DNA from: a bacterium | GTDB lineage: Bacteria; Actinomycetota; Acidimicrobiia; Acidimicrobiales; Bin134 | NCBI GenBank assembly: GCA_026709815.1 | Contig: JAPOSH010000044.1 | Location: 1-47,555 of the forward strand | Length of the DNA stretch: 47,555 bases | Direction of reading: 5' to 3' | Part shown: one piece after another, positions 19,834 to 28,055 of the stretch | How the letters are laid out: the number at the start of each line of letters is the position of its first letter | Position numbering within the stretch: the first letter of the stretch is position 1 | The notes under the pieces: model-generated | What the model saw: the letters and a program-made list of their open reading frames with translations, nothing else | Database searches by the model: none | What the model was told of the DNA's origin: nothing | Made by a program: the position numbers and the translations under genes

Positions 19834-21432
19834 GTGGGGCCCACGACAATCCGGTCTTCAGCCATTTTGCGGGCCGCCGCCATCGTCGTCACGGTTGGCT
19901 TCGCCTTCCCGGCGGGCTACTTGGTTTGGCGCAACTTCACCTTCCACAGCGACCCATTGGGCGTGCTCTTCTCCCAGCGCACCCAGGGGCCGCTGCTGCG
20001 CACGCTGCGGCTGGCCGCGCTGGTCTCGGTTTCCACCGCGGCGCTCGGCACCTCCCTGGCCTGGTTGACCACCCGGTGCGACATCCCTCTCCGGCGGATG
20101 TGGCAGGCGCTGTTGCCGCTGCCGCTGGTGTTCCCCACCTTCATCGGCGCGGCGGCGCTGATCCGCACTCTCAACCCCGGCGGCCTGCTGTCGGACTGGC
20201 TGGACAACCTGGGGCTGGTGTGGGACGTGGAGATACAGGGCCTGTTCGGCGCATGGCTGGCGCTCACCCTCTTCACCTACCCCTACGTTTACCTGCCGGT
20301 GGCCGCCCGGCTGCGGCGCCTGCCCGGCTCGGCGGAGGAGACCGCCCGGCTGTTGGGCGACAGCCCGCCGGCGGTCATCAGGCGGGTGGTGCTCCCCCAG
20401 ACGGCAACGGCCATCAGCGCCGGCACCCTGCTGGTGTTCCTGTATGCCATCAGCGACTTCGGCGCGGTCCAGCTCATGCGCTATGACACGCTCAGCCGGG
20501 CCGTCTACACCACCCGGCTCAACAACCAGCCGGTCTCCATGGCACTCAGCGTGGTCCTGCTGGTACTGGCCGCCGCAGTGGTGCTGGCAGAGCGGGGGGC
20601 CACCCGCCGTTTCGAGCACGCCGCCCCGGTGCGCTCGCAAAACCCGGTGGTCTATCGGCTGGGCCGGACCAAGCCAATCGCCGTGGCTTTTTTGGCCAGT
20701 TCGGTCGCGCTGGCCCTGTTGGGGCCGCTGGCGTCGTTGGCCGACTGGACAATCGACGGGATCAGGCTGGAGGCCTCTGGGGGGCGGGATCTGCTCGTGG
20801 GATGGGAAGACGTGTGGTCGCCCGCCTGGCACACCGCCTATGGCAGCATTCTGGCCGCGGCGGCATCGGTGGCCATCGTGCTGCCGGCGGCCTACCTCGT
20901 GGTGCGCCACCGGTCTCGCATCGGCACATTGGCCAATGCGGTGATCGTGTCGGCGTTCGCCCTGCCGGGAATACTCATCGGGCTGGCACTACTGTTCTGG
21001 ACGCTCCAAACCGACGTCGGCAGCCATCTCCGCAACACCCTGGTGTTGCTGGTTTTCGCTTACATCGTGCGATTCGGAGGCCAGACGATGCGCACCTCCC
21101 AAGTGGCGGTGGCCGCGGTGTCGTCCCGGCTGACCGACGCCGCCCGCACCCTGGGCGCCGGCGGGCTGCGTCGATTCCGGTCTCTGGAGCTGCCGCTCAT
21201 GGCCCCGGGGCTGCTGGCCGGGGGCGGGCTGGTGATGCTCTCGGTGATGAAGGAGCTGCCCATCACGCTGCTCATCGCCCCCTTCGACTTCCCCACGCTC
21301 ACCACCAAGGCGTTCAACAGCATCGAGGAGGCCTTCGTGGCCGAGGCCGGCATCTGGTCGGGCGCGCTCGTCGTGCTGTCGGGCGCGCTCACCTGGCTCT
21401 TCATCGTCCGCCGGTCCGACTACTTCGACTAG
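19834..21432 (+). CDS. Fe3+-type ABC transporter permease (FbpB-like, two TM domains)
   Basis: YPYVYLPV, EETARLLG, SDFGAV, DAARTLGA, MKELPITL. Confidence 0.9.
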   Translation: MGPTTIRSSAILRAAAIVVTVGFAFPAGYLVWRNFTFHSDPLGVLFSQRTQGPLLRTLRLAALVSVSTAALGTSLAWLTTRCDIPLRRMWQALLPLPLVFPTFIGAAALIRTLNPGGLLSDWLDNLGLVWDVEIQGLFGAWLALTLFTYPYVYLPVAARLRRLPGSAEETARLLGDSPPAVIRRVVLPQTATAISAGTLLVFLYAISDFGAVQLMRYDTLSRAVYTTRLNNQPVSMALSVVLLVLAAAVVLAERGATRRFEHAAPVRSQNPVVYRLGRTKPIAVAFLASSVALALLGPLASLADWTIDGIRLEASGGRDLLVGWEDVWSPAWHTAYGSILAAAASVAIVLPAAYLVVRHRSRIGTLANAVIVSAFALPGILIGLALLFWTLQTDVGSHLRNTLVLLVFAYIVRFGGQTMRTSQVAVAAVSSRLTDAARTLGAGGLRRFRSLELPLMAPGLLAGGGLVMLSVMKELPITLLIAPFDFPTLTTKAFNSIEEAFVAEAGIWSGALVVLSGALTWLFIVRRSDYFD

Positions 21433-21478
21433 CAGCGCCAACGCAAGCGCCAACGCAGATCTGTGACACGCTGCGGGG

Positions 21479-22648
21479 GTGAGCATCGAGCCGTTCGAGA
21501 TCTGCGTCCCCCGAGCCGACCTAGACGACCTACACCAGCGTTTGTCCATGACCCGTTGGCCCGACACCGTGAGGCCGGGTTGGGCCGACGGCGCTTCGGT
21601 GGCTTACATGCAAGATCTGTGCCGACACTGGGCCGACGGCTACGACTGGCGGGCCCGGGAGACCTACCTCAACGCCTTCCCCCAGTTCACCGCCACTGCG
21701 GCCGGCGAGCGGGTGCACTTCTACCATGTGCGCTCCCCAGCGACCGATGCGCTGCCCATGGTGATGATCCACGGGTACATGGGCTCGGTGGTGGAGTTCC
21801 GCGAGATGATGGGACCGCTGTCCGATCCGGCGGCTCACGGCGGCGATCCGGCTGACGCCTTCCACCTCGTGGTCCCGTCGCTGCCCGGCTACGGATTCTC
21901 CGGCCCGACCGCCAACCCCGGCGTAGACGTGCACCGCTGCGCCGAGGCCATCGCCGGGGTCATGGAGCAGTTGGGCTACGAGCGCTACATCGTGCAGGGG
22001 GGCGACTGGGGGGCGCTGGTCACCCGGCGCATGGCGGAGGCCTTCGGCGACCGGCTCATCGCCGCCCACTTCAACATGCTCTTCGCCCAGCCCACGGCGG
22101 AGGAGGCCGCCGAGCAGGCTGAGATGATGGAAGGGGTGACCGAGGCCGAACAGGCGGCCATGGCCCGCTCGCTGGAGGTGATCGCCGACGGCACCGGCTA
22201 CATGGCCATGCTCTCCACCAAGCCCCAAACCCTGGCCGTGGCCCACAACGACTCCCCCGCCGGTCTAGCGGCGTGGTTCATGGAGAAATACCAGCACTGG
22301 TGCGACCTGGAGAACGGCGATCTCGAGAGCGTGTTCACCAAGGACCAGCTACTCGACAACGTGATGCTGTACTGGATCACCGCCACCGCGGCGTCATCGG
22401 GGCGGCTGTATCTGGAGTCGGCCCGCACCGGCACGTCGGCGCTGGACTCCTGGGCCGGTCGGGTGGAGGTGCCCACCGGCCATGCCGTCTACCCTCGGGA
22501 GCTGCTGCAAACCCCGCGGGTGTGGGCCGAGCGCCGCTACAACATCGTTCACTGGGCCGTGCAGCCCAAAGGCGGCCACTTCGCCCCCTTCGAGCAGCCC
22601 GAGCTGTTCACCGACGACCTGCGAGCCTTCGGGCGCCTGTTCCGCTGA
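21479..22648 (+). CDS. Epoxide hydrolase (EHN N-terminal domain + alpha/beta hydrolase)
   Basis: IEPFEI, YDWRARE, HGYMGS, PSLPGYGFS, QGGDWGA, DSPAGLAAW, GGHFAPFEQP. Confidence 0.92.
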   Translation: MSIEPFEICVPRADLDDLHQRLSMTRWPDTVRPGWADGASVAYMQDLCRHWADGYDWRARETYLNAFPQFTATAAGERVHFYHVRSPATDALPMVMIHGYMGSVVEFREMMGPLSDPAAHGGDPADAFHLVVPSLPGYGFSGPTANPGVDVHRCAEAIAGVMEQLGYERYIVQGGDWGALVTRRMAEAFGDRLIAAHFNMLFAQPTAEEAAEQAEMMEGVTEAEQAAMARSLEVIADGTGYMAMLSTKPQTLAVAHNDSPAGLAAWFMEKYQHWCDLENGDLESVFTKDQLLDNVMLYWITATAASSGRLYLESARTGTSALDSWAGRVEVPTGHAVYPRELLQTPRVWAERRYNIVHWAVQPKGGHFAPFEQPELFTDDLRAFGRLFR

Positions 22649-22651
22649 GGG

Positions 22652-23215
22652 CTACGCGAACCGGGCGGAGCGCATAGCCAAGATGTCGTCCTCGCCGCGG
22701 CCCTCGGTGGCCTCGAGCGCCTCTTCGGGGCCTTTCATGCGCAGCGGGCAGGAAACCGACACGTCCATCACCTGATTGACGCGGCCGAAGGCGATCCAGC
22801 AGCCGATGGACAGGGTCATGTCCATCATCAGCTCGTCGCCGAAGTGCCCGACCATGCGGTCCATGAACGCCTGGTCGATGGCCAGATGGTCGGTGGCGTA
22901 CTTCTCGCAGTACTCCAAGGCATCCCGCTCGGCCTCGCTGTAGCCGTGGTATTGGTCTCGATTGCCGACGTTGAGGTAGTCGTCCTCGCTCAGATCATGT
23001 TGCGCCAACGACGCAACCCGGGTGTCCAGTCAAACCACGCAGTGGTTGATCTGGGCGATCCTCATCCTCAGCAGCTCCCGCAGCCGCACCGAGAGCTTGC
23101 TCTTGTTGTACACCGCCGCGCTGAATGCCGACGCCGGAGCGGTCAGCTCCGGGCACAGCATCCACAGCCGATGCAGCTCCTCGGCGGGGCCATCGGGGAT
23201 CTTGATTCGCGCCAT
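22652..23215 (-). CDS. AhpD/carboxymuconolactone decarboxylase-family protein with in-frame UGA (probable selenocysteine, CVVU)
   Basis: ORFs 23030..23215 and 22652..23008 share a frame and are separated only by TGA at 23030-23032: RELLRMRIAQINHCVV(TGA)LDTRVASL...YSEAERDALEYCEK. Strong RBS GAGGAGG before ATG 23215; 187 aa if read through. Confidence 0.82.
22999..23017 (-). promoter_or_regulatory. Putative bacterial SECIS hairpin
   Basis: GUUGCGUC-GUU-GGCGCAAC: 8-bp stem starting 12 nt 3' of the UGA, loop beginning GU. Confidence 0.7.
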
Positions 23216-23353
23216 GCCTCCTCCTCGGCCGGAATGCCAAGACTGTACAGTCCCAGACGCCTCCCAGCTCGCACAGTCGCTTCACGAGCAGGCGTTCGGG
23301 CCCGTTGCCGCGACTTGCGGCTGTGCTGCTCGCCGCGGCCTCGGCCTTTTCCG

Positions 23354-24241
23354 TCAGCCCAGATCAGCGTGATTCTTCGGACGGGTGGTGGCGATGGTGC
23401 CGTAGAACACACCGACGAGCACGATGACCGCGCCAACGGCGGCGACAGGGCGGGGGAACTCGCTGAAGAACGCCGCGGCCCAAACTGTGCCCGCCACCGT
23501 CTCGATGGGTGAGAACAAGGCCACATCGGCCACCGGGGCGAAGCGAGGCGCGTTGGACAGTGCCAGTCGGCCGAAAGGGTTGAACACCAGCCCCATGGCG
23601 GCGATGGACAGATAGGCCCGGGCGTCCAACGAAAGCGGCGACGCCCAGTACATCAGCGCCGCCACGGTCAGCACTCCGCCGATGGACAACCCCACCAGCC
23701 GGCTCATGTCGGGATACCGGCGCCACATGGTCAGGCTCACCGAGAAGCCCACAATGGCCACCACGCCCAGCAGGTCGCCCGAGAGGGTGGGCTCGCCCAC
23801 CGAGCTGAACACGATGGCCACGATGCCCGCCAGGGTGATGGCGATGGCAATGGCGATGGCGCGGCTTATGCGCTCCTTCAGCCATATCCAGGCGCTCACC
23901 GCGGACAGCAGCGGCACCGCCGACACGATGGCCACCACATTGGCCACCCGGGTCTCGGTGACGGCGATCACGAAGCAGAGCTGGCTGCCTCCGCTGAGCG
24001 CCCCAATGACCAAGTGCTGCCACCGGTGGCTGCGGAACGCCTCCAGCGGCCCGCAGCCGTCCACCCGATGGCTCAGGCCGGTGTAGAGGGGTACCGAGCA
24101 GCACGCGACCCAGAAGGAGACATCCACGGCATCGGCCTCCGAGAGCCGGATCCAAAGCGAATCGGTGGAAACCGCCAGCATCCCCACTCCGGCGAGCAAC
24201 CAGCCCAGCCGCCGTTGATCATTGGCCCGGGCGGCATCCAT
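23354..24241 (-). CDS. DMT/EamA family transporter
   Basis: About 10 TM helices; LKERIS and FFSEFP half-repeat motifs. Confidence 0.85.
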   Translation of the reverse strand: MDAARANDQRRLGWLLAGVGMLAVSTDSLWIRLSEADAVDVSFWVACCSVPLYTGLSHRVDGCGPLEAFRSHRWQHLVIGALSGGSQLCFVIAVTETRVANVVAIVSAVPLLSAVSAWIWLKERISRAIAIAIAITLAGIVAIVFSSVGEPTLSGDLLGVVAIVGFSVSLTMWRRYPDMSRLVGLSIGGVLTVAALMYWASPLSLDARAYLSIAAMGLVFNPFGRLALSNAPRFAPVADVALFSPIETVAGTVWAAAFFSEFPRPVAAVGAVIVLVGVFYGTIATTRPKNHADLG

Positions 24242-24243
24242 TC

Positions 24244-24319
24244 GGTGGGCCGTAAGGGACTCGAACCCCTGACCCCCTGCGCGTCATGCAGGTGCTCTAG
24301 CCAACTGAGCTAACGGCCC
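24244..24319 (-). tRNA. tRNA-Val(GAC)
   Basis: gggccgttagctcagttggctagagcacctgcatGACgcgcagggggtcaggggttcgagtcccttacggcccacc; cloverleaf with TTCGA. Confidence 0.93.
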
Positions 24320-24422
24320 GCGGCGAGCTAGGTTAGCAGGAGCAGCCGCACAGCCGTGAACGGCTTTCAAGCTGCTTGGGCTCGACCGCCTCAAGGGCAG
24401 CAGATGCTGCCGCTCGACTTGC

Positions 24423-25256
24423 TCACCCAGCGCTCACTTCGATCCACAGCCGGCAGTGGTCGCTGCTCCCCCACTGTCCGGGTTCGTTCATGGCTCGCAC
24501 AGTGACGCTCTCGTGGAAGCCACGCGAGGCGAAGGCATAGTCGAGCTGGTTCTCGGCAGTTTCCGGTGACCTTCTGGAGGTGTAATAGGTGGGGACGTTT
24601 TTGGTGTCTCCCGGCAGGCCTTGGGGTGTCGGACTGGCTCGTCTGCCATTGGGAAACTGCGGGCCCAGAAACTCCAATCCGAGCGCGGCCATCCTGTCGA
24701 TGACAGTGCGCTCGCGCGCTGGAAGCGACAGCCGATTGTTGTCAGCGGCTCCGTAGATCATATTGAGATCGCCTGCGGCCAAAATGCGATGGGTGCTGGG
24801 GTTGGAGCTGCCGGCGAACGCCGAAAGGTCCGAGACGATCCGGTGAGCTGAGCCATCGGAATAACCGACCCCCCACGTAGTTCCAGTCGAGGAGTGAGGG
24901 ATGATCCAGCGGGCATACATGGAAACCACGATGAACGGGTCTGCGTCTCGCGGGATGACGCGCGCCGCGGCGACGGTGCTCACGTCACTGACTGGGATCT
25001 CCAGCTCTGCAGGCTCATGCATGAGACCCACCGGCTTGAACCACTCAACCTCTACCCGGTCCGACAGCTTCACCACCATCGGCCAGCGGTCGTAGAGGTC
25101 GTCGGGTCGGTCTGCACTGGCGATTTCAACTTGACCGGCGACGTCTTCTGGCACCTGACCCGCCTCTTGCAGCAGGGCCACATCGGCGTCCATGCCCACG
25201 AGTTCGCGCCAAGGCTCATGGCGCTTGGCGATGTTCCAGGAGACGACTCTCGTCAC
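24423..25256 (-). CDS. Endonuclease/exonuclease/phosphatase (EEP) family protein
   Basis: VVSWNI, DVALLQE, AAGDLN, PTYY, QLDYAF, SDHC. Confidence 0.88.
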   Translation of the reverse strand: MTRVVSWNIAKRHEPWRELVGMDADVALLQEAGQVPEDVAGQVEIASADRPDDLYDRWPMVVKLSDRVEVEWFKPVGLMHEPAELEIPVSDVSTVAAARVIPRDADPFIVVSMYARWIIPHSSTGTTWGVGYSDGSAHRIVSDLSAFAGSSNPSTHRILAAGDLNMIYGAADNNRLSLPARERTVIDRMAALGLEFLGPQFPNGRRASPTPQGLPGDTKNVPTYYTSRRSPETAENQLDYAFASRGFHESVTVRAMNEPGQWGSSDHCRLWIEVSAG

Positions 25257-25297
25257 CGAATCTTCCTCTAAGTAAGACAGGACATGGAATAGATCGG

Positions 25298-25609
25298 TCA
25301 GCGTCTGTGCTGTGCTCTTGAATCAACTGGCTCGCGGATGACAACGTCACCGCTCTCATCCAACTCGGCAAATGGGAGACCCTGGGCAACGAACTCCGTC
25401 TCCAAATCAAGCGATTCGCGCCAGAGCTTCATCTCCTCAGCCCACACGGTCCGCACAATCGCCTGAGCGCAGGGGTCGTCAAGGTGGTCGTAGTGGGTTT
25501 CGCCTTTGAGAACAGCAGCGATCTCGCTGTGGGGTATCTCGCGCGACCTCTCCATCTCTCGGCCGATCCTAGCCCAATGGGAAACCTGCAGGGCGGCGCT
25601 GCGGTCCAT
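25298..25609 (-). CDS. ParD-like antitoxin family protein, apparently N-terminally truncated
   Basis: RSAALQVSHWARIGREME matches the RSAAQQ..HWARIGR.LE motif of this family; the motif starts at residue 3. Confidence 0.7.
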   Translation of the reverse strand: MDRSAALQVSHWARIGREMERSREIPHSEIAAVLKGETHYDHLDDPCAQAIVRTVWAEEMKLWRESLDLETEFVAQGLPFAELDESGDVVIREPVDSRAQHRR

Positions 25610-25633
25610 AGCCGGGGCCGCTGTCGACCCTCT

Positions 25634-25710
25634 TGGAGCGCCGGACGGGATTTGAACCCGTGAATCATGGCTTTGCAGGCCACTCCCTTAGTCCGCTCGG
25701 GCACCGGCGC
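25634..25710 (-). tRNA. tRNA-Cys(GCA)
   Basis: gcgccggtgcccgagcggactaagggagtggcctGCAaagccatgattcacgggttcaaatcccgtccggcgctCCA. Confidence 0.92.
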
Positions 25711-25791
25711 AAGGTTGGCCGCCGAGGCGGCCGACCCTGACAGTGTATGGGATCGACCCGGCTGCATCACACGGGGGTTTAGAGTTTCCCC

Positions 25792-26742
25792 ATGACTGAG
25801 ACCGGCGAGCGCCTGCTGAGCTCCGAGGAACTGGCCAAGCTCAGCCAGCCGCCCCGAGCCGATCTGGCCGACGCGCTGGCCGAGGGCCCCGAGGCCGCAG
25901 TCAAGACCTTTCGGCGCATCGACCGGGCCTATCGGAACTTCATCGACGGGTTCGGAGCGTGGGTCGCCCAGACCCAGGCGTTCGCAGCCGAGCGCTACGG
26001 CGCTGACGGCCTGGAGCGGTTGGTCTCGGCCGACGACGCCTACCGGTCGGTGCTCTTGCACTCGCTGACCGATGAGGACATCACCGGCCGCCACCAGAGC
26101 GATCGGGCTGACCGCATTGCCGGGCTGATCGATCAAGGCGACCACCAGGCCGCGCTGGCCGCTTTCGATGCCTTGGAGGCCAGCTATCGCCGGATCCACG
26201 ATGTGGAGCGCGACCGGGTGGCCTCGGTGCTGTCACAGGTGTACCGGGCCTGGGGTCCCGACGTGCTGGAGGCGAGCATCCGCTTCGCCGGCGAGCAGAC
26301 GCTGCTGGGATGGATGCCCCACGATGTGGTCCGACCGGCCGAGGTGCGGGTCCGCCAGTGGGCCGCCATGCAGAAGGGCAATTTCGCCGACATCACGGTG
26401 GAAGAGACCGACGACGCTTTCGTGATCACCGTCCACCTGTGTGGCACGTGCGGGCGCCAAGTGTCGGACGGCTGTTACGGCGAGACCATGAACCTGGCGG
26501 TGGTGGCCGAAGACCATCCCCTCACCTTCGGCCAAGGTCCCGCCCCCATCTACCGAACCCACGTGTCGGTGATGCACTTCATCGTGCCGATGGAGCGTAC
26601 CGAGGTGCCGTGGCCGGTGGTCCAGTGCCCTGCGGGGATGGACGCGGGGCCCTGTCGGATCATGCTCTACAAGAACCCGGCGGCCACCCCGCCGAAGGCG
26701 TATGAGTTCGCGGCTGGCGCTTTGGCTGCTGGGAGCGGATGA
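25792..26742 (+). CDS. Hypothetical protein with Cys/His cluster (HLCGTCGR...H...C...C)
   Basis: 316-aa ORF with GC-typical codon usage; its stop codon lies antisense within the tRNA-Gly 3' end. Confidence 0.75.
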   Translation: MTETGERLLSSEELAKLSQPPRADLADALAEGPEAAVKTFRRIDRAYRNFIDGFGAWVAQTQAFAAERYGADGLERLVSADDAYRSVLLHSLTDEDITGRHQSDRADRIAGLIDQGDHQAALAAFDALEASYRRIHDVERDRVASVLSQVYRAWGPDVLEASIRFAGEQTLLGWMPHDVVRPAEVRVRQWAAMQKGNFADITVEETDDAFVITVHLCGTCGRQVSDGCYGETMNLAVVAEDHPLTFGQGPAPIYRTHVSVMHFIVPMERTEVPWPVVQCPAGMDAGPCRIMLYKNPAATPPKAYEFAAGALAAGSG

Positions 26743-26806
26743 CCGGGCTCGAACCGGCGACCTACACCTTGGCAAGGTGTCGCTCTCCCAACTGAGCTAC
26801 ATCCGC
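26732..26806 (-). tRNA. tRNA-Gly(GCC)
   Basis: gcggatgtagctcagttgggagagcgacaccttGCCaaggtgtaggtcgccggttcgagcccggtcatccgctcc. Confidence 0.94.
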
Positions 26807-26854
26807 AGGAGGCCACAGCATAGCAAGCTGTCACCGGACGCCCACAGCAATAGC

Positions 26855-27463
26855 TCAACCGCCACCGCCGGCCGACTCCAGCAGGGCTGCGGCCCTCGGG
26901 TTCATCGCCAAGTCTTGGGCGATGAGGCGGGCCGATGGGCTCATTTTGGCCATGGTCTTGGCCAGCACTTCGGCCATGTGGGCGTCGCCGAGCTTGTCGG
27001 CTAGCTCATCGAACTGGGTTTGGAGGAAGACCAGGCAAAGGGCGTCCTCGTGGGTCTGCACCCGGGGGTCGGCGGCCAAGCCCTTCTTGGCCACGATGGC
27101 CGACACATCGGATGCGAAAGCCTCGTCGTAGCCCACCGAGATGACGATTTCGGCCACGTCGGCGGCGTGGCGCTTCGCTTGGGCGGTGCGCCAGCGCAGG
27201 TAGCCGGCCCGGCCCTCGGGATAGTCCGATCGGGGCAGCAGCCAGCGCCGCAGGTGGTGGGCCCGCGCCGCCACCAGCTGGGCATCATCGGCCTCGGAGT
27301 CGAGACGCTGTACCCACTGCGTCATCAACTCGGCATGGGCCTGCTCTTTGGGTCGGACTCGGCCGCCGATTCGGATGGTGTGGGGATCGCCAGCGTTGGC
27401 CGCATCGATGGCCGCCAATGCGGCCTGCAGCCGGTCGCCAGAGGTCACGGCATCGGTGGGCAT
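26855..27463 (-). CDS. DUF4202 family protein
   Basis: AIDAANAGDP, ARAHHLRRW..PR.DYPEGRAGYLRWR, QTHEDALCLVFL, KMS. Confidence 0.88.
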   Translation of the reverse strand: MPTDAVTSGDRLQAALAAIDAANAGDPHTIRIGGRVRPKEQAHAELMTQWVQRLDSEADDAQLVAARAHHLRRWLLPRSDYPEGRAGYLRWRTAQAKRHAADVAEIVISVGYDEAFASDVSAIVAKKGLAADPRVQTHEDALCLVFLQTQFDELADKLGDAHMAEVLAKTMAKMSPSARLIAQDLAMNPRAAALLESAGGGG

Positions 27464-27471
27464 CGCCGGGT

Positions 27472-27702
27472 TCAGGAGTCAGCAGGCAGACGCAAGTCCA
27501 CCCTCAGGACAAGAAACCCGTCCTCAATGGCGCCGACGGCATCGCCGATGACGGCGAAGTCCTGGAAGTCCTCCTGGGCTCGGCGGATGAACAGAGTCCG
27601 CTCTTCGCCCCCCACCGGCGGCAGCGGGCGGCTCCTCACCGCCTCAGCCCGCTCCCGGAACCGGTTTATCATCGCGTCCACGTCCAGCTCGTCAGCCATC
27701 AA
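27472..27702 (-). CDS. Small conserved hypothetical protein
   Basis: 76-aa ORF overlapping the upstream stop by 4 nt; operon-like. Confidence 0.7.
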   Translation of the reverse strand: MMADELDVDAMINRFRERAEAVRSRPLPPVGGEERTLFIRRAQEDFQDFAVIGDAVGAIEDGFLVLRVDLRLPADS

Positions 27703-28055
27703 CCGAGCGTATCTTCTGATCCGGCGCTGTTCGGCGAATCTTCCCGGTCCGGGTGAGCGGTGTCGCCCGTTCGCACCCAGTAGACGAACGTGCCCAGCAG
27801 TGCGATCACCGCCACCGCGATCAGCAGCGCCATCACCAGCCGGATTTCGTCGTCGGAGTCAGACGGCGCGGCCAAGGCCCCGTTTTCGGGCCGATCGGAT
27901 TGGGCCGCCGAGTCAAACAGATCGGAAGCCTCGGCCACATGAGCGGGGGCGACCGTCCCCCACACGACCGCCAGGAACAGCACCCCGAGCAACAGCCGCT
28001 TCAAATGCACTGTTCTCAGTCTCGCGCGGTGCCCGATCCCAGCAGAGTCGGTCAT
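27699..28055 (-). CDS. Hypothetical membrane protein (signal/TM + C-terminal TM)
   Basis: ATG 28055 overlaps the fpg stop; two hydrophobic segments. Confidence 0.65.
   Translation of the reverse strand: MTDSAGIGHRARLRTVHLKRLLLGVLFLAVVWGTVAPAHVAEASDLFDSAAQSDRPENGALAAPSDSDDEIRLVMALLIAVAVIALLGTFVYWVRTGDTAHPDREDSPNSAGSEDTLG

Noticed and set aside
21434-21457. 12-bp tandem duplication (agcgccaacgca x2); also an 18-bp in-frame duplication at 15556-15591
   Set aside because: Real but probably neutral slippage; noted only as support for a general duplication tendency.
22652-23215. Pseudogene, or suppression by the nearby tRNA-Cys, as the explanation for the internal TGA
   Set aside because: The stop is at the redox Cys position with a SECIS-like stem and no other lesions; the tRNA-Cys anticodon is ordinary GCA. 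Not fully excluded without finding sel genes.
26829-26850. Fourth TGTCAC occurrence
   Set aside because: No NANNNT at the conserved spacing and no downstream gene on that strand.
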